64,000 bases of DNA from Flavobacteriales bacterium. Its GTDB lineage: Bacteria; Bacteroidota; Bacteroidia; Flavobacteriales_C; GCA-002722245. Below the pieces are notes generated by a model, which saw nothing but the letters and a program-made list of their open reading frames with translations, made no database searches and was not told the DNA's origin. Made by a program: the position numbers and the translations under genes. Positions 28,301 to 36,727 of the stretch are shown one piece after another (position 1 is the stretch's first letter; each line of letters starts with the position of its first letter). The DNA lies in contig JBJTOK010000079.1 in assembly GCA_046074525.1 (NCBI GenBank), positions 9,894-73,893 on the forward strand, in the 5' to 3' direction.

Positions 28301-29519
28301 CAACTGGGGTACTGCTTTCAAGAGCAATGTGGTGGCGGTTACCAACAACACTACAGATGTTGCTCTCACTGTGGAAGCCGAGGATTTCAATAATGGTGGT
28401 TCACATTATGGTTACTGGGATAAAACCGATGCCAATTCAGGAGGCAATAATTCCCGTTCAGGAGAAGGAGTGGATATTGAAACCCGTGGTAATGTGGTGG
28501 ATATAGGATGGATTGAGAATGGCGAATGGTTGAGGTATACGGTGAATGTTACCAAGGCAGGCTTGTACGATATCGATTTCACTGTGGCTGCAGGCAATAC
28601 GGGAGGAAAATTCCATTTGAGCGTGAATGGCACTAATTTATCGGGCGACCTAACTGTTCCTAATACAGGAGATTGGGGGAATTGGACTACTGTTACGGCT
28701 CTCAATATTCCTTTGCAGGCGGGCGAGCAGTACATTGATTTGCGTTTCAATGGCGGATTCAATCTGGATAAGTTTCAGTTCCGCAAATCAGCACCATACC
28801 AGGGCACGGCGTATAATGGTCCGCACAACGTTCCCGGAACTTTTGAAGCCGAAGATTATGACAATGGTGGAACAGGAGTGGCTTATTATGACAGCGATGT
28901 CGCCAACAACAGCGGTGCTTACAGAACAACAGAAGGCGTAGATCTGGAAACCTCCAACGGTAGTACGCACATCAGCTGGTCGAATAGTGGTGAGTGGACC
29001 AAGTACACTATTGTTGTGGCTACTGATGGCACTTATGAAGTGCAGATTCCTGTGTCTACGGGCAATGGCGCAGCAGGGACCTTGTCGCTCACTTTCGATG
29101 ATGTGTATACTGTACCTGTCGCCAGCATCAATACCGGCAACTGGAACACCTATCAATCACTTACGATCAAAGACATTCAGCTTACGGCCGGAACGCACGT
29201 AATGAAGCTGAATATTGGCGGAAACATCAATGTAGATCAATTCACTTTTACGAAAAGCATTACCACAGCAATGCCGGAAGCGACTGCGCAGCATCACATC
29301 AGCATTTATCCTAACCCTTCGGCCGATGGTATTTTTAATATCAAAGCCACGCAGCAGGGGCAGCTGATCATCAGTGATGTGGCAGGCAAAATGGTGCTGA
29401 GCGAAATAGTGGCTGAGCCGGGAAACATTGATTTGTCGGGCCGTGCGTCGGGTATTTATATTGCTACGTTTATTACCGGAGAGCAGACTTACAGGTTTAA
29501 GCTGATGGTGAATAAATAA
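25266..29519 (+). CDS. 5'-truncated composite glycoside hydrolase, possibly a pseudogene or gene fusion. It has a Pectate_lyase_3-type right-handed beta-helix (GH55-like exo-beta-1,3-glucanase architecture), a discoidin/CBM32-like domain, a GH43-like five-bladed propeller, two CBM6-like domains and a T9SS type-A CTD. The coding frame is open from 25209 (after a TGA) with no signal peptide. The ORF-track start is a TTG.
   Basis: The beta-helix start motif is YNVLNYGVTAGTRDA..DATTGIQNALNQAKNDGGGIVYLPPGHYRING. The discoidin block is NTSWSS...YIRMD. GH43 motifs are (ADPSAHVWADGRLYVYASHD, WAPDCAY, DPCVFVDDDG). Two modules of TVEAEDFNNGG...LDKFQF / TFEAEDYDNGG...VDQFTF are present. The Por tail is (ISIYPNPSADGIF...YRFKLMVNK). 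Confidence 0.6.
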   Translation: MYFDGSNGVGIMFTDMKITGCEYGVYAAANTGGVLQLYKWNISATDAAIFSDKTSGTKILLQESAIASGKVQLQGGTLLATDNDFNNTAPQIQFEYNSRGNLTGNRFKNAVNISEKSVFLNQIDHTPVSSIKLPAYYEFIPQSKKPSRNVMYNVLNYGVTAGTRDAIPAGDATTGIQNALNQAKNDGGGIVYLPPGHYRINGSLTIPTGVELKGSVDIGEFPLGPGSILEIYGNKGNENGASPVILQQGSGLRGVVFNYPDQVFCTVLPNAVLKFPYSVQVQGSDAYIVNVGFRAAYKAVDLFSYKSDRFYLDFLTGHVFNEGAKVGAASADGIIANMQFNTIAYNCGDESKFGGWPNSLRSPCSGDATKNPYDYNAKYLDFLIVGNAPDIMLYNDFNYDANHGLILQDGASGTAIGLGLDGDRTGILVDGNANFSFINTQDVSLNYDALGGEQSSYLKTTSNFNAGSINLFSCDYWGQATSSGIVMDGAGTVNLQSSNFESPGSQSFAQVNNGTLNINNSVVNPKDPLVNGTHLSGVNIVGSDVTPYTINTNLLGNYDNNIGTAKPSPTSSLSRTGWIATSSRNVNSGRVAQNGIDGDANTSWSSGWQNDGAAIWYQVDMLVPQTFNEVILDYSGSPNDGPASYTFSVSNDGVNWTQVASGTGNNMMTIISFPETTARYIRMDKPANASKANFLAIHELYVFNVKAAAGNLVAVPMKNPLYHQFTSPLYGSAGTGNMYTADPSAHVWADGRLYVYASHDMEPAQGCDRMDRYHVFSTDDMTNWVDHGEILSASQVSWGRAEGGFMWAPDCAYNPANQTYYFYYPHPSGTDWGATWKIGVATSKEPAANFTDQGYITGMSSLIDPCVFVDDDGQPYIYQGGGGTCMGGKLDKNDWTKLDGAMQPMTGLVDFHEATWVHKYNGKYYLSHADNHGVDGNQLKYAVSNSPLGPWTDMGVLMYATGCDTHHGSIVEYKGQWWSFYHTSNFSGEYNLRSVCADKLYYNNDGSIQPVNNWGTAFKSNVVAVTNNTTDVALTVEAEDFNNGGSHYGYWDKTDANSGGNNSRSGEGVDIETRGNVVDIGWIENGEWLRYTVNVTKAGLYDIDFTVAAGNTGGKFHLSVNGTNLSGDLTVPNTGDWGNWTTVTALNIPLQAGEQYIDLRFNGGFNLDKFQFRKSAPYQGTAYNGPHNVPGTFEAEDYDNGGTGVAYYDSDVANNSGAYRTTEGVDLETSNGSTHISWSNSGEWTKYTIVVATDGTYEVQIPVSTGNGAAGTLSLTFDDVYTVPVASINTGNWNTYQSLTIKDIQLTAGTHVMKLNIGGNINVDQFTFTKSITTAMPEATAQHHISIYPNPSADGIFNIKATQQGQLIISDVAGKMVLSEIVAEPGNIDLSGRASGIYIATFITGEQTYRFKLMVNK

Positions 29520-29532
29520 TCTATTGTTATTG

Positions 29533-29578
29533 AGAGTGTGAGGGCTTGTTCCTCACACATTCTCAGGTTTTTTTCCTA
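29533..29578 (+). terminator. Terminator-like hairpin (gagagtgtgagg..cctcacacattctc) followed by a T7 tract.
   Basis: It is read directly from the sequence, 14 nt after the stop at 29519. Confidence 0.45.
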
Positions 29579-29693
29579 ATTTGGTAATCAGTCTGTTTGG
29601 TGTTTTGTTGAACCTTTTTTATTGAGGATCGTTACACTCAGCAGCTACGAAATGGCGTAAAAGCGCCATTGGATTAAATTCAAAATCTGATTT

Positions 29694-31301
29694 GTGAAAT
29701 ATAAGTTTTTATTGATTTGTTGTTTCGCCTTTACTTTCGTGGCCTTTGCCAGTGAAGACGAAGATACCATGTATGTCCAGCTGGACAGTCTTTTGGAACA
29801 AAAACCACAACTTGTAAAAGATAAGCAACAGCGTATTCAATCGCTGGCCCGTATGTTGTTCGATAGCGAGCGCCGAAAAGACGTGCAGAGCCAATTTCAA
29901 TTTTGCGCCAAGCTTTTTGAAGAATACAAATCCTTCCAGTACGATTCGGCTTTTAAGTACACCGACCGTATGCTTAAGCTTGCCTACGTCCTCAATGATC
30001 CCGCGAAAATCAACAACGCAAAAGTCAATTTTAGTTTTATTTTCCTTTCATCTGGGATGTTTAAGGAAGCCCTGGATACTTTGTCTACAGTTGATGCGAT
30101 GGCGCTGCCTGTAGCGGAAAGAATCAATTTCTATAAAGTTTTTGCCCGCACTTATTTTGATCTTTCGGATTTCTCGCAAAGTCAGCAATACAGTCAGTCT
30201 TATAATAATAAAGGCGATGAGTATGTCACCCGTGCTCTCGATCTTTCGGAGAAAGCGTCGGCAGAGTACCTTTTCCTTAAGGCTTGGAAATACATGCGTA
30301 TCCGCAACATTGAAATGGCCATTAAAACCTACCAGAAGCTTCTCTTGTATTATAATCTCACCCAACACGAATATGCTATTGTAACTTCCAGTTTGAGCTT
30401 CATGTACATGCTCGATAACAACCAGGAGAAGCACAAGGAATTCCTGATTAAAGCTGCCATTGCGGATATCCGGGGATGTGTGTTTGAAACAGTGGCATTG
30501 CGCAATCTTGCGGAAATTGTATACAAGGAAGGGAATTATGAGCGTGCTTACCGCTACATCAAAATTGCCAATGATGATGCTTATGCCTATGGCGCAAAAT
30601 TCCGCCAGGTGCAGGTGGCTTATCTCCTGCCGATGATAGAAGCTGCCCAAATGAATGAAGTGGAAAGCAAAAGAAGAAATCTCATCGTTTTCGCGCTCTT
30701 TGCGAGTTTAGTGAGCGTATTGATCTTTATTTTGTACTTCATAGTTTACCGCAACAACATTAAACTTAAACTGGCTAAACAAAGTTTGGTGGAGTCACAT
30801 GTGCATTTACAGGTACTCAATAATACCCTTCAGGATGCCAATAAAATCAAGGAGGAATATATCGGTCACTTCTTCACAGCGATTTCAGACTACATAGATA
30901 AATTGGATAAACTCAAGAATTCCATCGACAGGAAAATTACGCAAAACAGGACTGATCAGATACGTGATGTGGTGAAGCAAATTAATCTTAAGGCGGAAAG
31001 GGAGGAACTATATGGTAATTTCGATAGGATTTTCCTCAAAATATTTCCTGATTTCATCCCTAAATTCAATAGCTTCCTCAATGAAGATGCAAAATATGTA
31101 ATTGAGGAGAATGCCCCGTTGCCGCCTGAATTGAGAATTTTTGCTCTGATTCGTTTAGGGATCAATGACAATGAGAAAATTGCGCAGTTTTTAGGATATT
31201 CCATCAATACGATTTATACCTATAAAACGAGATTGAAGAACAAAACCATTGTCCCTAATGAAAAGCTGGAAGTGCGGGTGATGGAAATCAAAGCGAATTG
31301 A
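29694..31301 (+). CDS. Membrane-anchored one-component regulator candidate. It has a signal peptide, an extracytoplasmic TPR-like region, a single TM helix and a cytoplasmic coiled-coil plus C-terminal helix-turn-helix (DUF6377-like architecture).
   Basis: The signal is MKYKFLLICCFAFTFVAFA and the TM segment is LIVFALFASLVSVLIFILYFIVY. The C-terminal LuxR/HTH-like segment is ELRIFALIRLGINDNEKIAQFLGYSINTIYTYKTRLKNK. Confidence 0.5.
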   Translation: MKYKFLLICCFAFTFVAFASEDEDTMYVQLDSLLEQKPQLVKDKQQRIQSLARMLFDSERRKDVQSQFQFCAKLFEEYKSFQYDSAFKYTDRMLKLAYVLNDPAKINNAKVNFSFIFLSSGMFKEALDTLSTVDAMALPVAERINFYKVFARTYFDLSDFSQSQQYSQSYNNKGDEYVTRALDLSEKASAEYLFLKAWKYMRIRNIEMAIKTYQKLLLYYNLTQHEYAIVTSSLSFMYMLDNNQEKHKEFLIKAAIADIRGCVFETVALRNLAEIVYKEGNYERAYRYIKIANDDAYAYGAKFRQVQVAYLLPMIEAAQMNEVESKRRNLIVFALFASLVSVLIFILYFIVYRNNIKLKLAKQSLVESHVHLQVLNNTLQDANKIKEEYIGHFFTAISDYIDKLDKLKNSIDRKITQNRTDQIRDVVKQINLKAEREELYGNFDRIFLKIFPDFIPKFNSFLNEDAKYVIEENAPLPPELRIFALIRLGINDNEKIAQFLGYSINTIYTYKTRLKNKTIVPNEKLEVRVMEIKAN

Positions 31302-31312
31302 ATCTGTTTGAA

Positions 31313-31386
31313 CTTGATTCACTTGATTTAAGGATTAAAAGACGGATTAGTAAATATCCTTTCGTCCTTAAATCAAGTGAATCAAG
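31313..31386. terminator. Perfect 22-bp inverted repeat (cttgattcacttgatttaagga / tccttaaatcaagtgaatcaag) with a 30-nt loop between the convergent regulator gene and rpe. It is a putative bidirectional terminator or structural element.
   Basis: The arms are perfectly complementary as read from the sequence. No strong U-tract is present. Confidence 0.4.
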
Positions 31387-31399
31387 GTTCAGACAAATA

Positions 31400-32050
31400 C
31401 TATACCCTCTTCAAATCAGCGATCGTTTGCACGGGATTTTTTGCGGCAAAAACAGCATTACCTGCCACCAGCACATCGGCACCACATTCCACCAATTGTT
31501 TGTAGTTGTTGAGTCCAACTCCTCCATCTATTTCAATAAGGGCTTTGCTTCCTGATATTGAGATAAGTTGCTTGAGTTTTTTGATTTTCTGGTAAGTGTG
31601 CTCAATGAATTTCTGTCCGCCAAAACCAGGGTTTACCGACATCAGCAAAACAACATCAATATCAGTGATCACATTTTCCAGAAGCTCTACATTCGTATGT
31701 GGATTGAGTGCCACGCCTGCTTTCATGCCTTCTGCTTTAATAGCCTGAATGCTGCGGTGTAAGTGCGGACAGGCTTCATAATGTACAGTAAGGATATCAG
31801 CGCCTGCTTTTTTGAAGGTGCTGATATATCTGTCGGGATTGATGATCATTAAATGCACATCCAAAGTTTTCTTTGCATGTTTTTTTATGGCTTCCAAAAC
31901 AGGAAAACCGAAAGAGATATTGGGTACAAATTCTCCATCCATCACATCGATATGAAACCAGTCGCCGGCGCTGTTGTTTACCATTTCAACGTCTCTTTGA
32001 AGGTTAGCGAAATCTGCCGCTAGGATGGAAGGAGCTATAAGATGAGCCAT
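31400..32050 (-). CDS. rpe: Ribulose-phosphate 3-epimerase.
   Basis: The N-terminus is MAHLIAPSILAADFANLQRDVEMV..., with FHIDVMDGEFVPNISFG and GADILTVHYEA motifs. The length is 216 aa. Confidence 0.9.
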   Translation of the reverse strand: MAHLIAPSILAADFANLQRDVEMVNNSAGDWFHIDVMDGEFVPNISFGFPVLEAIKKHAKKTLDVHLMIINPDRYISTFKKAGADILTVHYEACPHLHRSIQAIKAEGMKAGVALNPHTNVELLENVITDIDVVLLMSVNPGFGGQKFIEHTYQKIKKLKQLISISGSKALIEIDGGVGLNNYKQLVECGADVLVAGNAVFAAKNPVQTIADLKRV

Positions 32051-32116
32051 GAGTTTTTTTTCAAAGTTAAAAAGAAGTTCAATGTTCGATAATCGATGTT
32101 CAAACTTTTTGATAAA

Positions 32117-32148
32117 TAAAAAAGCCGCGGTTGATCCGCGGCTTTTTT
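32117..32148 (-). terminator. Bidirectional intrinsic terminator (A6 aagccgcgg ttgat ccgcggctt T7) downstream of rpoD.
   Basis: There is a 9-bp GC-rich stem flanked by A and T tracts. It lies 21 nt after the rpoD stop. Confidence 0.65.
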
Positions 32149-32168
32149 TAGAAAAGTAGGGGCTTTTG

Positions 32169-33038
32169 TTACCCTAAATATTTAACAAGTATGTTGCTTC
32201 TAGAAGTATGCTTGAGTCGGCGCAGGGCTTTCTCTTTGATTTGTCGCACTCTCTCCCTGGTCAAATCGAATTTTTCGCCGATTTCTTCCAGTGTTAGCGA
32301 CTGGTTATCAGTTCCCAAGCCGAAGTACAGTACAATCACATCTGCTTCGCGTGGAGTAAGTGTATCCAGGGTTCTCTTGATTTCTTCCTTGAGTGAAGCA
32401 TCAATAAGGTCGCTGTCGGGACGCTTGCTGTCTTCGCTGGTCATTAAATCATACATATTACCGGCATCTTCACCCTCCTGCAAAGGGGCGTCCATTGAGA
32501 CGTGGCGGGAATTGCTTTTCAGTGATTCTCTCACTTCGTCCACCGGGAGATCCAGTGCAATCGCTATTTCATCAGCTGATGGCTCTCTTTCAAATTCCTG
32601 CTCCAACTGGGAGAAGGTTTTGTTGATCTTATTGATAGCGCCAATTTTATTCAGCGGTAATCGCACGATACGAGCCTGTTCGGCTAAAGCCTGCAGTATA
32701 GACTGACGGATCCACCATACGGCGTAAGAAATGAATTTAAAGCCTCTCGTTTCGTCGAAACGCTGAGCTGCTTTAATCAATCCTAAATTGCCTTCGTTGA
32801 TCAAATCCGGAAGAGTTAATCCCTGGTTTTGGTATTGTTTGGAAACCGATACCACAAATCGGAGATTGGCACGTGTTAATTTTTCCAAAGCTGCGGCGTC
32901 GCCGGCTTTAATTTTTTTAGCGAGTTCAACTTCCTGCTCGGCGGTGATAAGTCCCTCCTTGCTGATTTCATGGAGATACTTGTCGAGAGAAATGGTTTCT
33001 CTGTTGGTAACCTGTTTGCTTATCTTAAGTTGTCTCAT
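32169..33038 (-). CDS. rpoD: RNA polymerase primary sigma factor (short Bacteroidota-type sigma-A, 289 aa).
   Basis: Sigma-70 regions 2-4 are present ([40 protein letters not shown] and [28 protein letters not shown]). Confidence 0.9.
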   Translation of the reverse strand: MRQLKISKQVTNRETISLDKYLHEISKEGLITAEQEVELAKKIKAGDAAALEKLTRANLRFVVSVSKQYQNQGLTLPDLINEGNLGLIKAAQRFDETRGFKFISYAVWWIRQSILQALAEQARIVRLPLNKIGAINKINKTFSQLEQEFEREPSADEIAIALDLPVDEVRESLKSNSRHVSMDAPLQEGEDAGNMYDLMTSEDSKRPDSDLIDASLKEEIKRTLDTLTPREADVIVLYFGLGTDNQSLTLEEIGEKFDLTRERVRQIKEKALRRLKHTSRSNILVKYLG

Positions 33039-33164
33039 GTATATTTGGTGTTAAAATATTTGTAATTCGTGGAGCAAAACTGTCTGTTTATCGAAACGCA
33101 AAGAAAGGTATTAGAGTTTCGGTAAAATGAAATTTATTTCCTTAGTTTTAAACAAAAGTCTTTC

Positions 33165-34499
33165 ATGAAGCATATCGTTTTATTAGGAGCCGGTCGGAGT
33201 AGCTCGGTTTTACTGGAATATCTCAAGGAGCATGCCATCGGCATGTTGTTGAAAATTAGTGTTGCAGATATCTCATTAAACCATGCAAAGGACATAGTAA
33301 AAAATCATTCCTCATTCAGTTTCCATGATTTGCAAAAAACACCTGCTGTAAAGGAAGAACTCATCAGCCAGGCAGATATTGTGCTTTCCATGCTACCTGC
33401 AAGTCTGCATATTGAAGTAGCCAAGCTGTGTTTACAGTATAAAAAACACCTTGTAACGGCTTCTTATGTTTCGCCTGAAATGAAGGCGATGGAAGAAGAA
33501 GTAAAAAATGCCGGATTGATCTTTATGAATGAAGCCGGATTGGATCCAGGATTAGACCACATGTCGGCAATGAAAATTATCGATCATCTTCGTGATGAAG
33601 GAGCGCTGTTGCACGGATTTGAATCTTTTTGCGGCGGACTCATCGCACCCGAAAGCGATGATAATCCGTGGCGATATAAATTTACATGGAATCCACGAAA
33701 TGTAGTGGTGGCCGGACAAGGCGGTGCTGCCATGTTTTTACAGGAAGGAACTTACAAATACATTCCTTACCACAAATTATTCCGACGCACCGAAGTCATC
33801 AATATTGAAGGTTATGGGAAATTTGAAGGTTATGCGAATCGTGATTCATTGAAGTATATAGATATCTACGGCTTACAAGGTATAAAAACTATTTTCCGCG
33901 GAACGCTGCGCCGACTGGGCTTTTGCCGTGCCTGGGATCTTTTTGTTCAATTGGGCATGACCGACGATAGTTATCGTATTCCTGATTCCGATAAGATGAC
34001 GCACCGGCAGTTCATCAATTTATTTCTCGCCTATAACAAACACGATTCCGTGGAGCTTAAGCTGAAGCATTACCTGAAGCTGGAGCAGGATGATGTGGAT
34101 ATTTGGGAAAAGCTGGAGTATACGGGCATTTTCAGCAATGAGAAAATCGGATTGAAAAATGCAACGCCTGCACAAATTCTTCAGCATATTTTAGAAAAGA
34201 AGTGGAAGTTGAATCACAACGATAAGGACATGATCATCATGTTTCATCGTTTCAACTATAAACTCAACAACGAAATGAAGGAACTTCATTCTTACCTCGT
34301 TGTGGAAGGAGAAGATGAAAACAACACAGCCATGGCCAAAACAGTTGGCTTGCCAGTGGGTATCATCGCAAAAATGATTTTGAATGATGAAATCAAAAGC
34401 CGCGGAGTGCTCGTTGCTGTGCAAAAAGAAGTGTACGATCCTGTGCTGGAGGAACTGAAAAAATACAACATTAATTTTATTGAGAAGCAGGCTATCTGA
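33165..34499 (+). CDS. Saccharopine dehydrogenase family protein (NAD(P)-binding Rossmann domain plus C-terminal domain).
   Basis: The N-terminus is MKHIVLLGAGRSSSVLLEYL. The length of 444 aa is typical for this Bacteroidota family. Confidence 0.75.
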   Translation: MKHIVLLGAGRSSSVLLEYLKEHAIGMLLKISVADISLNHAKDIVKNHSSFSFHDLQKTPAVKEELISQADIVLSMLPASLHIEVAKLCLQYKKHLVTASYVSPEMKAMEEEVKNAGLIFMNEAGLDPGLDHMSAMKIIDHLRDEGALLHGFESFCGGLIAPESDDNPWRYKFTWNPRNVVVAGQGGAAMFLQEGTYKYIPYHKLFRRTEVINIEGYGKFEGYANRDSLKYIDIYGLQGIKTIFRGTLRRLGFCRAWDLFVQLGMTDDSYRIPDSDKMTHRQFINLFLAYNKHDSVELKLKHYLKLEQDDVDIWEKLEYTGIFSNEKIGLKNATPAQILQHILEKKWKLNHNDKDMIIMFHRFNYKLNNEMKELHSYLVVEGEDENNTAMAKTVGLPVGIIAKMILNDEIKSRGVLVAVQKEVYDPVLEELKKYNINFIEKQAI

Positions 34500-36000
34500 T
34501 CAGGTTCAGGTGTGTGAATTGCTGCACTTTTTGTTTCTTGTCGGTATTGGGAGACAAGCCTTCGTACTCGTAGTACACCACGTATACTCCTATCGGAGCA
34601 CCATTGCCATCCCAGCCTTTGGAAGGATCGGTAGTTTCAAACACCAGTTCTCCCCAGCGATTGAAAATGCTTAGTCGCATGATATAAATTGATTCTCCCT
34701 GTACCGCGAAAACATCGTTGATTCCATCTCCGTTGGGTGAGAAGGCATTCGGTAAATAAAAAAAGGTGGGATAACAATAATCCTTGATGTTTACACTGTC
34801 GCTAACACTGCAGTTTTTTCCATTGGATAATGTAAGGTTATAAGTTCCTTCACCGTGAATGGAAATCATATCGGTTTTTTCTCCTGTCGACCACGTGTAA
34901 TTCAATGCATTTCCGGCGTGCAAATCGTAAGAAGACACGAAAGCAAAACACAGTGTGGTATCGCTTTCCAGTGTAGATACAGGAATGCCCAAAGGGGAAA
35001 GTTTAATAGTGTCATTGTCGGTGCAGCCAAAACCATTGTCAACGTTTACGGTGTATGTCCCGGCATTGGTAACGTATGTGCTGGCAGTTGTAGCGCCATT
35101 CGACCAGCTGAATTGGTAATTCGATGGTAAATCGGTTTTTAATAAATTACTGTCGCCGGGACAAATATTTTTATCAGCACCCAAATCCACTGATATGGAA
35201 GGATGTACTACCACAACCACACTGTCTTCACTGAAACAAACTGATTTGAAGGAAATATCATCCATGGCAAAGTCGTTGCCCTGACCTTCGGTGTTCTGGT
35301 TCACCACACATATTTCTGCGGAGGTAGCGACGCCTGAGTTCCACAATTCATAAAACTGGTACCACTGGCAGGTGTTTTCCGAGGCACGGAATGGATCGCC
35401 CAATAACTGATTATTAATGGAGAATTGCAATAAGGCCGGATTTTCATCGAGGACGGAAGTGATCCAGGTGGTGAACTGATAATCGGTGTTGGGATTTACA
35501 GGAACCGTCTGGCACCACACCTTCACTCCGGCAACAGTTGCAGCATCCATGATCATCATGTTGCCCGATCCGCCGGTATGATCGGAACAGGCATCCCATC
35601 CAGGCCAGTATATATTGGTAACGTTATTCACGCAATAATTGCCTTGCTCCAAACTCCCCGGAGAGCAATCTACTCCATACTGACTGGTGAAGCCCATATC
35701 GCCCTGCTCAAAATTTCCATTGACGATGCTTTCAACAGGGTAGAGGTAGCGGTTCAATACATGGTATTCGGTAGTACTTGTGGGAGAGGCCACAGGACTC
35801 GCGGAGGTAGAGTCGCTCAGGTTGGTTTTCGGCGACCAGCTCATTGCATACTTGGTTCCGAGAGCTTGCAGAGTAACGGATTTTCCTGAGCAAATTTCCA
35901 AAGTGTCGGGAACAATGTTAACGGAGCAATTGATCTGTGCATACAGCATCAGTGAAGGAAAGAGGAGGAGAAGTAAAACTATATTTTTCAATTTGCCCAT
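34492..36000 (-). CDS. T9SS type-B C-terminal-domain protein (gliding-motility-associated CTD) with Ig-like repeats.
   Basis: It has a signal peptide. The C-terminal hallmark is PNAFSPNGDGINDVF....IFNRWGELVFE. Confidence 0.75.
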   Translation of the reverse strand: MGKLKNIVLLLLLFPSLMLYAQINCSVNIVPDTLEICSGKSVTLQALGTKYAMSWSPKTNLSDSTSASPVASPTSTTEYHVLNRYLYPVESIVNGNFEQGDMGFTSQYGVDCSPGSLEQGNYCVNNVTNIYWPGWDACSDHTGGSGNMMIMDAATVAGVKVWCQTVPVNPNTDYQFTTWITSVLDENPALLQFSINNQLLGDPFRASENTCQWYQFYELWNSGVATSAEICVVNQNTEGQGNDFAMDDISFKSVCFSEDSVVVVVHPSISVDLGADKNICPGDSNLLKTDLPSNYQFSWSNGATTASTYVTNAGTYTVNVDNGFGCTDNDTIKLSPLGIPVSTLESDTTLCFAFVSSYDLHAGNALNYTWSTGEKTDMISIHGEGTYNLTLSNGKNCSVSDSVNIKDYCYPTFFYLPNAFSPNGDGINDVFAVQGESIYIMRLSIFNRWGELVFETTDPSKGWDGNGAPIGVYVVYYEYEGLSPNTDKKQKVQQFTHLNLIR

Positions 36001-36001
36001 T

Positions 36002-36727
36002 TCAAAACTTCAGATAAAAATCCTTTGTAAGCTCCCTGTACGCGGGGGAAAATTCATTGTGATTCATTTCAATTACCAATTCATTTTCGAATCGTTGTGC
36101 CTGTGCCTGCCTGGTGATTTCTACCAGTATTCGTTTTGGGGGATTGCTAGCTTTAGGTTTAACTAATGTAAGTTTTTTTATTGATAAATGCATGCCGGAA
36201 GTGAGGGCTTCAATTTCTGCTAAACCTTCAAAGGGATAGATGAGGCAGAGCTTTCCGTCGGGTTGTAAAATATTACTCGCTTGTTCCACTAATTTTTCCA
36301 ATCCGAGAAAAATACTGTGTCTTGCCGTATTTCTTGAAGGATCAGTACTCAGCGATGAATTGGAAAAATAGGGTGGATTGCTGATGATGAGATCAAATTT
36401 TTCTTCGCTTATGAAATCAGAGAAGTCGATATGCTGCAAATGGAGTCTGTCCTTCCAAGGCGATAAATTGAAATTGATTTCAGTTTGCCTGAAAGCATTT
36501 TCATCGATATCTATGGCCTGAATTTTTGCAAAAGAATTTCTCTGCGCCATCATCAGTGCAATTACGCCGCTGCCTGTTCCCACATCTAAAATATTTTTGC
36601 AACCGGTAACATTAGCCCATGCGCCCAGCAACACACCATCCACGCCAATTTTCATGGAACATAAGTCGTGGTGCACTAAAAATTGTTTGAAGCGGAAGGG
36701 TTCGTATTTCGGCTTTGAGCTACTCAT
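36002..36727 (-). CDS. trmN6: tRNA (adenine37-N6)-methyltransferase (TrmN6/YfiC-like class I SAM methyltransferase).
   Basis: The SAM-binding motif is ILDVGTGSGVIALMMA and the NPPY motif is DLIISNPPYF. The length is 241 aa. Confidence 0.7.
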   Translation of the reverse strand: MSSSKPKYEPFRFKQFLVHHDLCSMKIGVDGVLLGAWANVTGCKNILDVGTGSGVIALMMAQRNSFAKIQAIDIDENAFRQTEINFNLSPWKDRLHLQHIDFSDFISEEKFDLIISNPPYFSNSSLSTDPSRNTARHSIFLGLEKLVEQASNILQPDGKLCLIYPFEGLAEIEALTSGMHLSIKKLTLVKPKASNPPKRILVEITRQAQAQRFENELVIEMNHNEFSPAYRELTKDFYLKF

